From Phoronis australis (lineage: Eukaryota > Animalia > Phoronida): a stretch of DNA of 64,000 nt. Below are positions 25,601 through 36,400 of this stretch, piece after piece. The position numbers and the translations under genes were made by a program. How positions within the stretch are numbered: the first letter of the stretch is position 1; the number at the start of each line of letters is the position of its first letter. The stretch spans positions 624,277 through 688,276 of the forward strand of contig NMRA01000076.1 in the NCBI GenBank assembly GCA_002633005.1. Reading direction: 5' to 3'. The notes beneath the pieces were generated by a model that was not told where the DNA came from, did not search any database, and saw only the letters and a program-made list of their open reading frames with translations.

Positions 25601-28600
25601 GCTCAAGTGCATTATGATTTAGGCCTACGCAGATTAGTTTCCAGGCCAAGATATCACTTGATGACTCTTGGATTCGAACTACAAACTTGAAAAACAGGAG
25701 ATTTCAAGTTCAGACTTGAACTTATAGCTTTGATGCTGGGATCATAAAGTACAACACAGAATTAGACAATTATCCATAAATGTGTTCAAGCGCAGAAGAG
25801 TAGACACTTGAGTGCGCACAGAAGTCGTACGGAATGCCAAAAATAATTTCGAATACAAAGATTAGATCCAGGGGTCTTTCAAGACTCTTTTCTTTATCTA
25901 GAAGATCAACGATTCATTCAAAACTTTCCAAATGGGCACACGTGGCCACTTGGACTCTAAAAACACGTTATAGAGCATTAAAATGTTATTTGGATTTCGT
26001 TCAGGTACATCAGCGACGCTTCTGCTGGTATGGTTGTGGTTTTCTGCCTCTTCGTCTTCCCATCAGAGAGACCCCGATTCTTCTGTTGTAAGAAAAGCAG
26101 GGGTAAGTTCATTTAGTTAATTGTATCTCGCGCTCTGTTGTAACAAGTTATAAGTTTACTCGAAGCGTGCCATGCTCTCGTTGTATTTTCAGAGTCGAGT
26201 TCTAGGTACAGAACACAGACCTCAGCTTTTCTCAGACAAACTCGTCTCCAGAGCTTACAGTCGCAACATGAGGCGTATCTAGGACACGTACACTTGCATG
26301 TAACCGCAGACTTTTATGTCAATTTGCCAAAATATCCTCACCGTTTCTATCGCACTAGGTATTCGGTAATTTTTCACCGGAAGCATCCAAATCCTTTGTC
26401 TTGAGTTTCAAGAATCTTTTCCGAATATTTTTACGATCTCTGATTTCATTTTCAGAATAAACGAAATTTTATTAACATCTTACCAGAATCTTCGTGGTCA
26501 TCGGAAGATCAGTTCCTGAATGTTATTGGCAGAGTGCACTTGTTGTATCAAAATGGCCTTTGTCTGTAACTGCAGTATATATGACGTTATAAAATGGTCT
26601 ATTTGCAGACCTTCCGTCCAAGCCCGTGGCGCCTCTATTGACATGGAAGCGAGTTCAATCTAAACTCGCATGGAACGTGATTGTTCTTTTGGGTGGTGGA
26701 TTTGCACTGGCTGACGCTGCCAAGGTACGGGAATATAAGGGATAAATCCCACATCTGTGGTGTCGCGCTGTATTCGTTACAATGTGAATGGAAACAAAAC
26801 TCTTGTTAACTAAATGGAAATTATATTGATTGCTACACCTGTGTTGAAAAGTGGTCAACTTCAAGACTGCCATTGCATGAAACGGGATGTCCCGAGGCAA
26901 TAATCCTATTAACTAAACAGTGCTAGACATAATCCTTGAAATGACGGAAGTTTTCAGATGACACACGTGCCTCGATGGTAATTGAACTTGTTATTAATGC
27001 ACATTTACATGCAGGCTAGTGTTCATTGTACAAGCTCTAATAAATTCACTTGCTGTCGCGTTTTATGAGAGAATAAAATTATTCACGTTGACCGGCATGC
27101 TGGCCGCAAAATGTACCGATTTGTCTTTAATTATCTTGCAACGCTGTTTTAATTGTTAATTCTTGACGGACTCTTATTTGCACCAGGAATCCGGACTCTC
27201 GTTGTGGATGGGAACTCAACTCGGCGTATTGGGTGACATCCCTATATGGACTACAACCCTTGTCATCTCACTCGTTGTAGCCTTTATAACAGAGTTTACC
27301 AGCAATGTGTCCACGGCTACAATATTTCTCCCAATTGTTGCTCAAGTGGTAAGTAAATTCACCCCTCAACCATTTCTATTCCCAATTTACCGACTATCAG
27401 GACATTCGAAGTCAGTTTAACTTAAACCTCGTGCAGCTCTATCTTGTGGTTCATGTTTTGAGGTAGAACCCTTTGTTCTTTTTAATATCGAAAATTAGCT
27501 TTTCTTATTACACATGATAAAAAATGGACCAAAAAGTTTACTGATTATTTCAACCGGAAGTTTTTCGAGTTTATAGTATGAGACTCTACTTTGACATAGG
27601 ATTTCTGATAGAGAGCGTCGGCTACGTGTTGAAAACTCAAACGCCATTTGTGAGTCGCCATGGGTCACAGATTCACAGCGGTCACGCATGTGTTGTGTTC
27701 CATTTTTGGGGTGAGAGTAACACCAGGAAGACCTTACCAGGAGTGGAAGGAGACCAAAAAAAACCCGGTAGTTTAGATAGCTGACCCTTCCAAATTCAGC
27801 AATGAAATTGAGCTAGGATGTTTACTAGCAATAAGTTGATATTATCTGCTTTCCCAGTCACCCTGAGCCATATAACATTTCCACCATAGAGGTCCATTGA
27901 CTGTGTTCTATTTTTTGTATCGGCTAGACATTCGCCCAGTGGTGGCTCTATAGTCAACAAGAATGACATACTGTGAAGATGACTTCAACTTACTGGACTT
28001 GCTTATATTGTCATACCAAAAGTATTTATAACCATAAAAATGTCGATAATTCGCAAACTCTCAATTATTCCTGTTCGCTTTGAATATTTCTAAAGCATTC
28101 CTCTCACTTAGTTTCATGAAATATTACCGAAATCAGAATGCTTTGGCACGAAATGTGAGTATACTTTTTCTGTGTCACCCATTACCATCGGATTACTGTG
28201 GTTTTTCTGAGAAAAATAACCAACGCGACGAGGTCATAGTTCAAGTATTCAAGCAAGTAACACACGCAGTAAGCTACACCATTTCCTGTATTGCTAAACT
28301 TTAAATTTTTCGATCTTTCACGATAAATCGACAATTTAAATTTACGTTGTGTACGTAGGTCAGCTTTCTCCACGTTACCATCGGCGTGACGAACTGAATC
28401 GAAAATGTAGGTCAACACTGTGACGTAGTAATCAAAGAATGCCGACGTCACACGTTCGCGGTTGACGTGCAGTCGAAGCTCTCTAGTGTCATTCATTACT
28501 CAGCAATAGCCAAATACATTTGTCCATTTGATGAAAGACTAAATAGGTTACCCTAGCTCAACCCAAAGAGCAGTGACTGCGTCATGAAATTTCCATGCTA

Positions 28601-30913
28601 CTTTGAGATGGAGATTTAGTAAAATGTCTTGTTTAAGTGTAGCATTCCATTTTCTCCGTCTACCCTAAATACATACTTGGAAGCTCAACAGGAAGTGGAA
28701 TAAAGACAACTATATACTATTGTTTCCAAGGTACCCGTTTCTTCAAAATATCTCTGATTATTACTTTTTAATCAATTAAACCGTTCAGAATATAATTTAG
28801 TCACATCACTGTTGAACAAAAAAGTAATACATAGACCTATTCTCTCCAAAAGTCGTTATTTTGCACCAAGTTTGACGAAACAGACGTGAGGTCTAAGGCC
28901 GTGGTTCGTGCCTGTGTAGGTCCCTCAAGACAAGTGGGGTGGGTCAAGCGTGATAGCAATGCTGTGGTCTAAGTGAGGAGTGATTGCTGCCAATAGTATC
29001 CAGTTGTTCTTTGAAGTTTTTTTGAGCAAAAAAGTTCACACATCTAGCTTTTGCTTTGTTTTAACTGGATCTAGAGGTGTCAGCATTTTGAAAAGAATTC
29101 CTTGTCCAGGTCGAAATTGTTGCTGCAAATATTGTTACCCTTCAGGCAAATTCAATCTTGAACTTAAATGTGGTTGATAATGACATAGTTGAGTCTAAAT
29201 ATTCAGAAGTCAATAGCGTTTAGAATCTTGTCTCTGGTCTGGAAAAGGAGTAGCCGTGAATTTGTGATTCTTGGGAAAAAGGTCTTGTTCCGGTGAATAC
29301 TTCAAGGTAAAATGGTTTTGTTCAATTTCTTTATCCATGAGAAATTCCATCGAATGTGCTTTCTGCAAGATATGTATTTTTTGTCAAATGTCCTGAAACA
29401 AAATGATAGCAAGGGCTTTTGTTGAACATAATCGTGATTTCGACGATATCATCCACTCGATTTTTCTTTACTGAGACAAGGAAATTATGTTTATTTGCAA
29501 GACTTATTTGGGAATTTTTATGGAGCGTTTCGCTCTAAATCTGCAGTGCTTATTTCGGACAAGTATGCACTATAAAATTATATCTAGCTGCTCCTTTCAG
29601 GCTGTGGAAATGGACGAGAACCCGCTCACATTCATGTTACCAATAACTGTTGCTACCTCGTTCGCGTTCATGTTGCCAGTTGCAACGCCGCCGAACGCAA
29701 TTGTGTTCTCATCTGGATTCCTGCGCGTGTTTGACATGGTAAGATTCACGTGCAACTAACAAAAGTGGATATTAAACTGGTTATTGAGAAATTGTATATT
29801 AAAACATCTTGCTGCTCATTTCACTGACATGGACATTATTTATGGTCATGTTCTACCGGGACTACTGTAAAAGTGTTTGTATATTGCACTATTGTTTATG
29901 CTTAAGGGTTCGGCAGAGTTTGAATGTATCATTGAATATTTTAATTTTAATTCGGACTTTGCCTACTGAAAATCTCCAGAAAAATGAGGGGTAACAAATT
30001 TTCTTGACTTTTAATACCCTCGCGTTTAGTTGGCTTCTACGCAAAAAGTTACACCGTTGTGTTTTCGTTCGCGTTTTGTTTTGATGCGCATCGCGTTATC
30101 TATGAAGTAAAAATGAGGTGTCATCGACTTTTGAGACATTTCTGCTCATTCAGTGCCAAATAAGAATGCGCAATTTGACCTTGGTAATTTTGAAAGTCAC
30201 ATTATCGCCAGATGGCCGTTATGTCTGGTTGTTGAGATTGTGCAATAAATTTGGCTGTTGTGAATATTGTATGACGATGTGCCGTTTGAATAAAGGCACA
30301 CTGCGCTTGGGTTTAGTTTTCGTTAATATGACGTTTTTGTGAAATTTGATGTTTGATAAGAACAAAAAATCAATGCAAAATCAACATTTTTAAAATTGAA
30401 TAATCTGTTATTTGTTTTATGAATTTTAGTTAATGTCGTAAAACAAAGACTGATTTTCGGCTTTTTTGGCAGTGTCGAACCCCCATAACTAAAGTTGGAA
30501 TCACTCGAGCTTTACAAGCATTTAGATAAAACGTGTTTTAAGTTAAAATAATTTGAATTGATCGTGTGAAACCATACTGTACGTGACCTGGAGATGCAGG
30601 GTGAAGACAAAAACGCTCCTCGATTGAAAGAGTAACAATATTAACCTCAAAATTTAACGTTTTGCTTTTCATGCAAAAGCATCTCTCTGACGTCCTTGTT
30701 TTTACTGCGGAAGCAGGGCTAATGATAATTTTTTGCTTTTTTTCCCAGGCGAAAGCGGGTTTCATGATGAACGTTGTCTGCGTGCTGACGTTACAGCTTG
30801 CGACCAATACGTGGGGCTACGCTATGTTCAACCTTGATACCTTCCCACTTTGGGCCGGAAACCTCAACACTACTACAACCAGCGCTCCCGGCGATGTCAC
30901 AACCATGGGTTAA
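16566..30913 (+). CDS. SLC13-family Na+/di-tricarboxylate cotransporter (SLC13A2/A5-like), 14 exons, 651 aa
   Basis: join(16566-16688,19370-19519,19831-19946,20701-20894,22279-22390,22719-22985,23268-23387,23859-23948,24271-24375,26005-26102,26609-26724,27187-27348,29601-29738,30749-30913) = 1956 nt. All introns GT-AG with consistent phases. Motifs: [88 protein letters not shown]. The second motif reads SNV as in SLC13A2/A5, not SNP as in the sulfate carriers SLC13A1/A4. Confidence 0.95.
16940..17242 (+). mobile_element. short element with tRNA-like head, minimal hammerhead motif and 5' inverted copy of its 3' end
   Basis: Arms 16963-17030 and 17172-17240 are inverted, about 80% identical by eye. 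Each carries acacCTGAAGAtgg..ccgaccGAAA. The centre has an A box TGGTGTAATGG (17048) and a degenerate B box near 17093. Confidence 0.6.
19162..19310. mobile_element. palindromic MITE (~58-bp arms)
   Basis: ataggttatccgacatacaaagaaatactac...gaattcatttc is the reverse complement of gaaatgaattc...gtggtattcctatgtacgttggataacctat. Confidence 0.8.
19370..19519 (+). CDS. SLC13 exon 2
   Basis: [50 protein letters not shown]; AG/GT boundaries. Confidence 0.93.
19831..19946 (+). CDS. SLC13 exon 3
   Basis: [38 protein letters not shown]; AG/GT boundaries. Confidence 0.93.
20701..20894 (+). CDS. SLC13 exon 4
   Basis: [33 protein letters not shown]...; contains the first SNT motif. Confidence 0.92.
21329..21480 (-). 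mobile_element. ~155-bp MITE family, copy A
   Basis: Reverse-complement match to 21706-21862 and 46691-46846. Confidence 0.75.
21706..21862 (+). mobile_element. ~155-bp MITE family, copy B
   Basis: TIR-like ends cgttcagtaacgct...agcgttactgaacg; colinear with 46691-46846. Confidence 0.8.
22279..22390 (+). CDS. SLC13 exon 5 (variable cytoplasmic loop)
   Basis: TTTCAG acceptor, open frame [42 protein letters not shown] donor. Needed to bridge the phase-1 end of exon 4 and the phase-2 start of exon 6. Confidence 0.75.
22719..22985 (+). CDS. SLC13 exon 6
   Basis: [11 protein letters not shown]...[34 protein letters not shown]; donor GTAAGT. Confidence 0.88.
23268..23387 (+). CDS. SLC13 exon 7
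   Basis: [39 protein letters not shown]. Confidence 0.9.
23859..23948 (+). CDS. SLC13 exon 8
   Basis: [29 protein letters not shown], matching the family I..EY..LG motif. Confidence 0.88.
24271..24375 (+). CDS. SLC13 exon 9
   Basis: (S)[34 protein letters not shown]. Confidence 0.9.
24459..24709. mobile_element. PIF/Harbinger (Tourist)-like MITE
   Basis: ~45-bp imperfect TIRs (gggatggtctacataatgat..gtcgcagcctttt / aaaaggctgcgac..atcattgtatggtccactc), flanked by TTA on both sides. Confidence 0.7.
25568..25818. repeat. degenerate inverted repeat / MITE
   Basis: gtgcgc..tgtctactattctgtgctcaa pairs with ttcaagcgcagaagagtagaca..gtgcgcac. Confidence 0.5.
26005..26102 (+). CDS. SLC13 exon 10
   Basis: [32 protein letters not shown]. 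Confidence 0.9.
26609..26724 (+). CDS. SLC13 exon 11
   Basis: [38 protein letters not shown]. Confidence 0.92.
27187..27348 (+). CDS. SLC13 exon 12
   Basis: ESGLSLWMG...[21 protein letters not shown]. Confidence 0.93.
29601..29738 (+). CDS. SLC13 exon 13
   Basis: [46 protein letters not shown]. Confidence 0.93.
30749..30913 (+). CDS. SLC13 exon 14 (last coding exon)
   Basis: [54 protein letters not shown]. Confidence 0.92.
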   Translation, partial: AKAGFMMNVVCVLTLQLATNTWGYAMFNLDTFPLWAGNLNTTTTSAPGDVTTMG

Positions 30914-31575
30914 TTAAACTTAACTAGCGTCTGTTCTCTGGACTTCAGCTGAAATCAATGTGTGCCTGCTTTAACTGAAGTTCCGACTGCTCGCTGAATG
31001 TCGTTCGTTCACAAGGCCTAGTGTGGTAGACTTTTTGCCTATTCAAAGCATTTAAGACAACATTTACCGTTTCAACTTCAGACGATAACGGTGTGATGTG
31101 ATTCTAAGCGGCTCGTAATGGCTAACGTACGTACGGTAGTAAATGCACTTAGGTCGCAAATCTGTAAGACTCATTTCGTACTTGTTGTTACAGAGTCATG
31201 TAATATTCCGTATACTTAATGATCCATCGCTTTTCACGGAAATTCGAAGTTAACAGGCAGACTAGTACATGAGAAGAAGAGAAAGACTCTTAATCATTCA
31301 TTAACCTTTTCAGGCCGGGAGAACCGAAACTGAGTGTGTGCCTATCAGAGGTACAGATTTTTGAGAGCCAGTAGTTATTCATCGGATGCAAACGAGCTAA
31401 CGTCTTCCCACAGTTCGTTGCTCAAACGACACCTTATCCGTAATCATGAAAATTATCATTAAAACGGAAGGCAAAAGGCGAGACTTGTTATTATTCATAA
31501 GAGGAGTTATTTGCAATTATTAGACGTGAAGAAGTATGTTAAATTTATAATTTGTTAATTCAAGGTTCTTGTTTC

Positions 31576-31581
31576 AATAAA
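31576..31581 (+). promoter_or_regulatory. candidate polyadenylation signal of SLC13
   Basis: Canonical AATAAA about 660 nt after the SLC13 stop codon. Confidence 0.4.
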
Positions 31582-31807
31582 TATCAATGCACTTGCTACA
31601 GAGTTTCATGTATACACCATTTATCATTGAGAATCTCTGGAATAGAACACGGGTGCGTGTCAGTGTCCCCGAAGGGAATTAGGTCAACAATGATGTTGTC
31701 GGATAGAGCATAAATGTTGAGTCCAAAGCAAAGAAAATACCGCCAGAGGATCGTCGGTCTCTCACAGAGAGACGATCTTGTCAACAGCCTACACTTCTGT
31801 TCAATTA

Positions 31808-32072
31808 AAGCTGCGTTTCGCCCGCTTTAGCTGGCTAAAAACGAAATCGAATTAGGCCTTTTACTCTCATAAAATTGGAATAATAATTTTCCTCTAACCC
31901 TATTGTGGGGTCCTATTTCCATTCGAAACCATCAGCCACTAAAGGATTTCGAATATGGCACATATTCGCATTGCCTTGAAATGGTAACGGAATTCAAACC
32001 CTGTCAGATCGAGTAAGGATATATACCTTATGCGATTTTCGTTTTTAGCCAGTTGAAGATGAAATGCAGCTT
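31808..32072. mobile_element. MITE between the SLC13 3' end and the start of paralog B
   Basis: aagctgcgtttc..agctggctaaaaacgaaatcgaattagg matches the reverse complement of ccttatgcgattttcgtttttagccagtt..gaaatgcagctt. Confidence 0.7.
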
Positions 32073-33177
32073 CAAAATGAAACTTGTTTAAGCATTTATA
32101 ATGGGTTGATGTGTGATGTGAGGATATTCTAAGTAATTGCTGGAAAAAACTTTTAGTTATTTAATACAAGATAAAACATCGGCTTACCTAGGTGTCGAGA
32201 CATGTGTACATTAGCCTCGTTCCGGCGATCAAGCACGCAGTTGCATTGTGTAAACTAGCAAAACATAGTCCGCCGGTTACGTAAAAATTATCGAACCTCT
32301 TCCGAATATTCCCTAGAAACCTGAAACTCGAACTTTTACACTCGGCTACTGCACCTGTATCTAGAAATAACACCTCGGCCACAAGAACCTTCCGACGCAG
32401 ATCTGATGAGTTCACGACAGAAACATCAGTTAGGGGATTATGGGAAGCGCCGCTGAACGTCGGCAACAAAAATCAATTGCTGTTGCTGGTCCGATTAAAA
32501 TCGCCAGACCACTCTAGGTATCGGGATGGAACTCAACCGACGGGATCAGCGGAGCATCGACCGAATTGTAAGTGACCAATGCATTGAGTTGAATTGTTCG
32601 TCGATAGTCATAATATTTTTAGGTGAAGGTCGCAAGGTTTCTAGTCTTGCGGGGATCGTGAGCTCAATATTTTTTAAACAAGTTTAATTTCTACAAAAAC
32701 AGAAATTCATGTGTATTATACTAGTGATACTAGCGAGGCGCAAAATTAACATTCTTACTCTTCATTGAGAAACATTGCTGGGTACACGCGTCTATTCTTA
32801 TCCATGGAACGGGTAAAGTTAACGACTACATATTTTTGGTGATGAATCTTGCAAAAAAGTCATGAAAACAAATATGCTCATCATGACAGTTTTACTGGCC
32901 GGTTTTGTGAATGGTAATTATCAGAAACCAATGTACATAGCTTACTCTGAACACTGGTCGGTAACGTAAACAAATAAGAGTGCGAAACAGCTGACATTGC
33001 TCATACGGGGAATCCAGCGTTAGTGTCACGCATGGTTACATGAATGATGACGATATCTCATAGGTAACGGTCTCGTGACAGCGGCATGTGATGGGTCATA
33101 ATTGCCTGGAAGATTTATGGTAAAAGTAAACATCCCATGACCGTCCTGCTGAGTACATGCTTGCATGACAAACAAAG

Positions 33178-33459
33178 ATGTTCTCGGAAGGTTGCTTCTT
33201 GGTCGTGGTGCTTTCCGCCATTACAAGAAATGTGTACTGTATGCACCGTGCCGCAAGTGGAGAGATGTACACACACAAAGCAGTTTTGAGTGAAGACGCA
33301 TACGAGGTGTTCTGGAAGTATGATTCGTCGGAAATCACATTTGAAGTAGAAGTCGCAACAACAGGATGGGTCGGCTTTGGACTGTCGCCAAACGGAGGAA
33401 TGGCAGGATCGGATATAGTTATCGGGGGTGTGCATGATGACGGAAAGTCATATTTTAGG
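33178..33459 (+). CDS. MOXD1-like B exon 1
   Basis: MFSEGCFLVVVLSAIT...TTGWVGFGLSPNGGMAGSDIVIGGVHDDGKSYFR; donor GTAGGA. Confidence 0.92.
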
Positions 33460-36400
33460 GTAGGAAAATTTTCTCAAAATATTAATGAAAATGTTAGATT
33501 TTTGGAAGAAACTAAGCCATTCAGTCCACTAAAGATGAGCCTCAATTTTTCTGATACTACGACAGAGCTTTCAGAGCATTTACGGCGAGTCAAGAAGTTC
33601 TTCAGAAAATCATAAGGCTAAGCAATGGTTCAAAATTTAATCCCATCAAATCGCCCAAATGTTATTTATCGATTCATCCAATATGAAATGCATATATCCT
33701 GTATGAAACGCATAACTGGCTTATTTCGTGATTTAAGTCTGGAACAAACGTTCAGCTATTAAAAAAAAAGATCACGAGGCCTGTGGAAAGTAAATGGCCG
33801 AGGACGGGTTGCTTTTGTTTTGGGATACTGCTCGACAAGAATAATCTTTTATTATTTGATTGAAAAACAAATTAAATAACCCAAATAGTGTTTAGTCTGA
33901 TCCAGCACCTAAATGGTCGGCTCTAAACTGAATGAAACAATGGATGATTTTCTAGTTGAGTCCTCCAGGACATTCTTTCAGGCGAACATGATCTCAAAAA
34001 CTAGAACTGTGGACTGATTCGATAGTTTGATTTCTGTATTCGAACCACTACGGACGTGTGCAATCATGCGGGCCATGAAAAATCTGTATTGAGGGTTTGG
34101 TGACTTAGCGAACAAGGTGGTCATTCATGTACATGTATAAGATAAAGCAAGAACATTTCCCATTCAGGTCAATTTTGAATGTTGATGAGGTGATAAGGTC
34201 ATATTTAGTTGTTTATATTTTCAAAATCAAACATTCACCTAATATCAACCTAAGGGGCGCGGCAATGAATTCCTCAAATCAGCTCAAAGTGATACAGTTG
34301 GCAGCATTGATCACTGGTGTAGAACTGGGTGGGGGGAGGGGGCGGCTATCTAACACTTTCTTTGATTCCCCAAAAACCTTTCTACGACGCTGCAAATGAA
34401 GGCAATGGTTAGAACTGAGTTGATAAGCCAATAAATTAAAAAAAAAACTACCATACACACATCTGTGATGTAGAAGATATTTTTGGCAAAAATTATGTAG
34501 TCGTGAGCTTTTTTATGTCGTGATGCATAGCTTGAAAATGGTGCGGGCCCAGACTATAACCAAATATGTTAGGTCAGACACTCAGCGTATATCGTACTCT
34601 AGTGTTGACCTACGAAGTAAATACGAATGATCGTTAACGTTCACCTGTTTTCAAGGTTGACTGATTATACCTTCCAGCACTAAAGCACCTTTGACTTAGA
34701 CCACTCACCATTAAGAAATTGTTCTCAACTTGTTCCTTGATGATGACTTCAAGGCTTTGAAGAGTAGTTTGTTATTGCTTGAGACCAGGCTCTGAAGTTG
34801 GCCGGTCACGGTGTACCAGTTGGACCAGGCTCTGAAGTTAGCCGGTCACGGTGTACCAGTTCATGCACTGCGCATGGTCTCTCACTATAACAAAGTGTAA
34901 GTTCTTCGCAAACCCAGAAATCACTACTCATCACAGTAAAACAGCTTTCATTAACGAGTTAACAATCGTTTTAAACGTGCAAAGTTTTAACGGCACGTCA
35001 ATGTGGTGGGCTCAAGGCTAACGTTTGTCTGACGTTTGAAACAGGTTGCTCAACGCATGACACTTTCGTGATTCAGAAACGATCGGCTAAATGTCACCTT
35101 TATTTATAAATTTGTTGGTCAATACCCATTCAGCAGATGACGTGACACATCTGCGTGACCGAAGATGAAACAGAATTAAGCTTAAAACCTTCTAGCTAAG
35201 TTGATATTCAGGTTGTCCCAAAATGTTTTATTACTCTTTACCGCATCACATAATAAAATCAAATGATGTATGACCGGTCATGATATTTGTCGTACGTGCT
35301 TTGTTGCATACAACGAGAATACTGACACCTGGGCTGAGCAATTCGTGTAAGGACATGGCATATGTGTTTGTTAATTGTTCGGAGGTGTAAAGAGGTGATG
35401 ATGCTGATAGTTCAGAGCGCACTTTAACGAGGTGAAAAAAATATTAGAGCAGGGGTCTGTTTTCATGAAAAGTGACCTAGGGCTTAAGTCAGAAATGTGG
35501 TCTTACACTCCCGCCTCACCAATGTGGCGGGACTGAAAGTGTAGACAAGTACTAGCTAATGGAAAACGCCGAGGAGAAATACCCACACCTAAGAGTGAAC
35601 CGAGTGTTCATCGCAAGAGACAGGAATACTTCTTGAAGAGAACGTGATCAAAGCTTCAAGCAGAATTTCTGTCACTGTCAGATATTAGTAGGCAAAGTAT
35701 GCGGCTGCGGGATTCTCATAAATGTACATACTAAGGTAGAAAGCCAGCTAGCTGTATGAAGACTATTGTCAACACACACTGCAGCTAGGAAGCCATGTGT
35801 AGAGCTCCGTTAAACACCGAAATTTCACACAACCCGGGTGCTCAACTAGTCACCCCGTCGTGAAACTTAGAGCTAACAAAATGCAGTGGTGCATGCAGAA
35901 TTTTGGAATAAACCGACATTTACTTTGCCCGTTACAGCCGTTCATAGAAGCAAAAAAAGCTATAAACGATAACAAAGGAGAATCTGTCGTCATTTTGAAA
36001 ACAGTGCATACTCGTGACACGCGCGTACGCGCCATTTCTTNGCGTGGACGGCAAACGCTACGTTCTTCACACGAACGAGCCAAGTACGGCGAAGTGTGTC
36101 ATCCGTCGGAAAGCGATTCAAAGGTACTCCCAAAGCGCGCGTGAGCCGATAATTAGTACATCCTGGTACGCAGCAACAGTGTGGCATGTTGACTCACTAG
36201 TAAATGAAAGCAAACGACGACGGAACATAACACAACCGAGGTAGAACAATGACTGACTTGGCAGCTCTCACAGTCAGACTATATGAAAAGAAATTGGCGC
36301 GAAATGCTTGCCTCCTAAAACGTCACTTCCGGAGTAGCGGATTGGTAATTAATAAAATTACGAAAATCTTTAATTAAGTGGAAAATGTGTCTAGGATAAC

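Noticed and set aside
28600-29480. Possible LINE remnant in SLC13 intron 12
   Set aside because: It looks coding-like in places, but I could not read any diagnostic endonuclease or RT motif.
32403-32430. CTGATGA...GAAA hammerhead-like core upstream of paralog B
   Set aside because: Stem II would be only 2 bp with an extra base, and no stem I pairing is available; likely chance.
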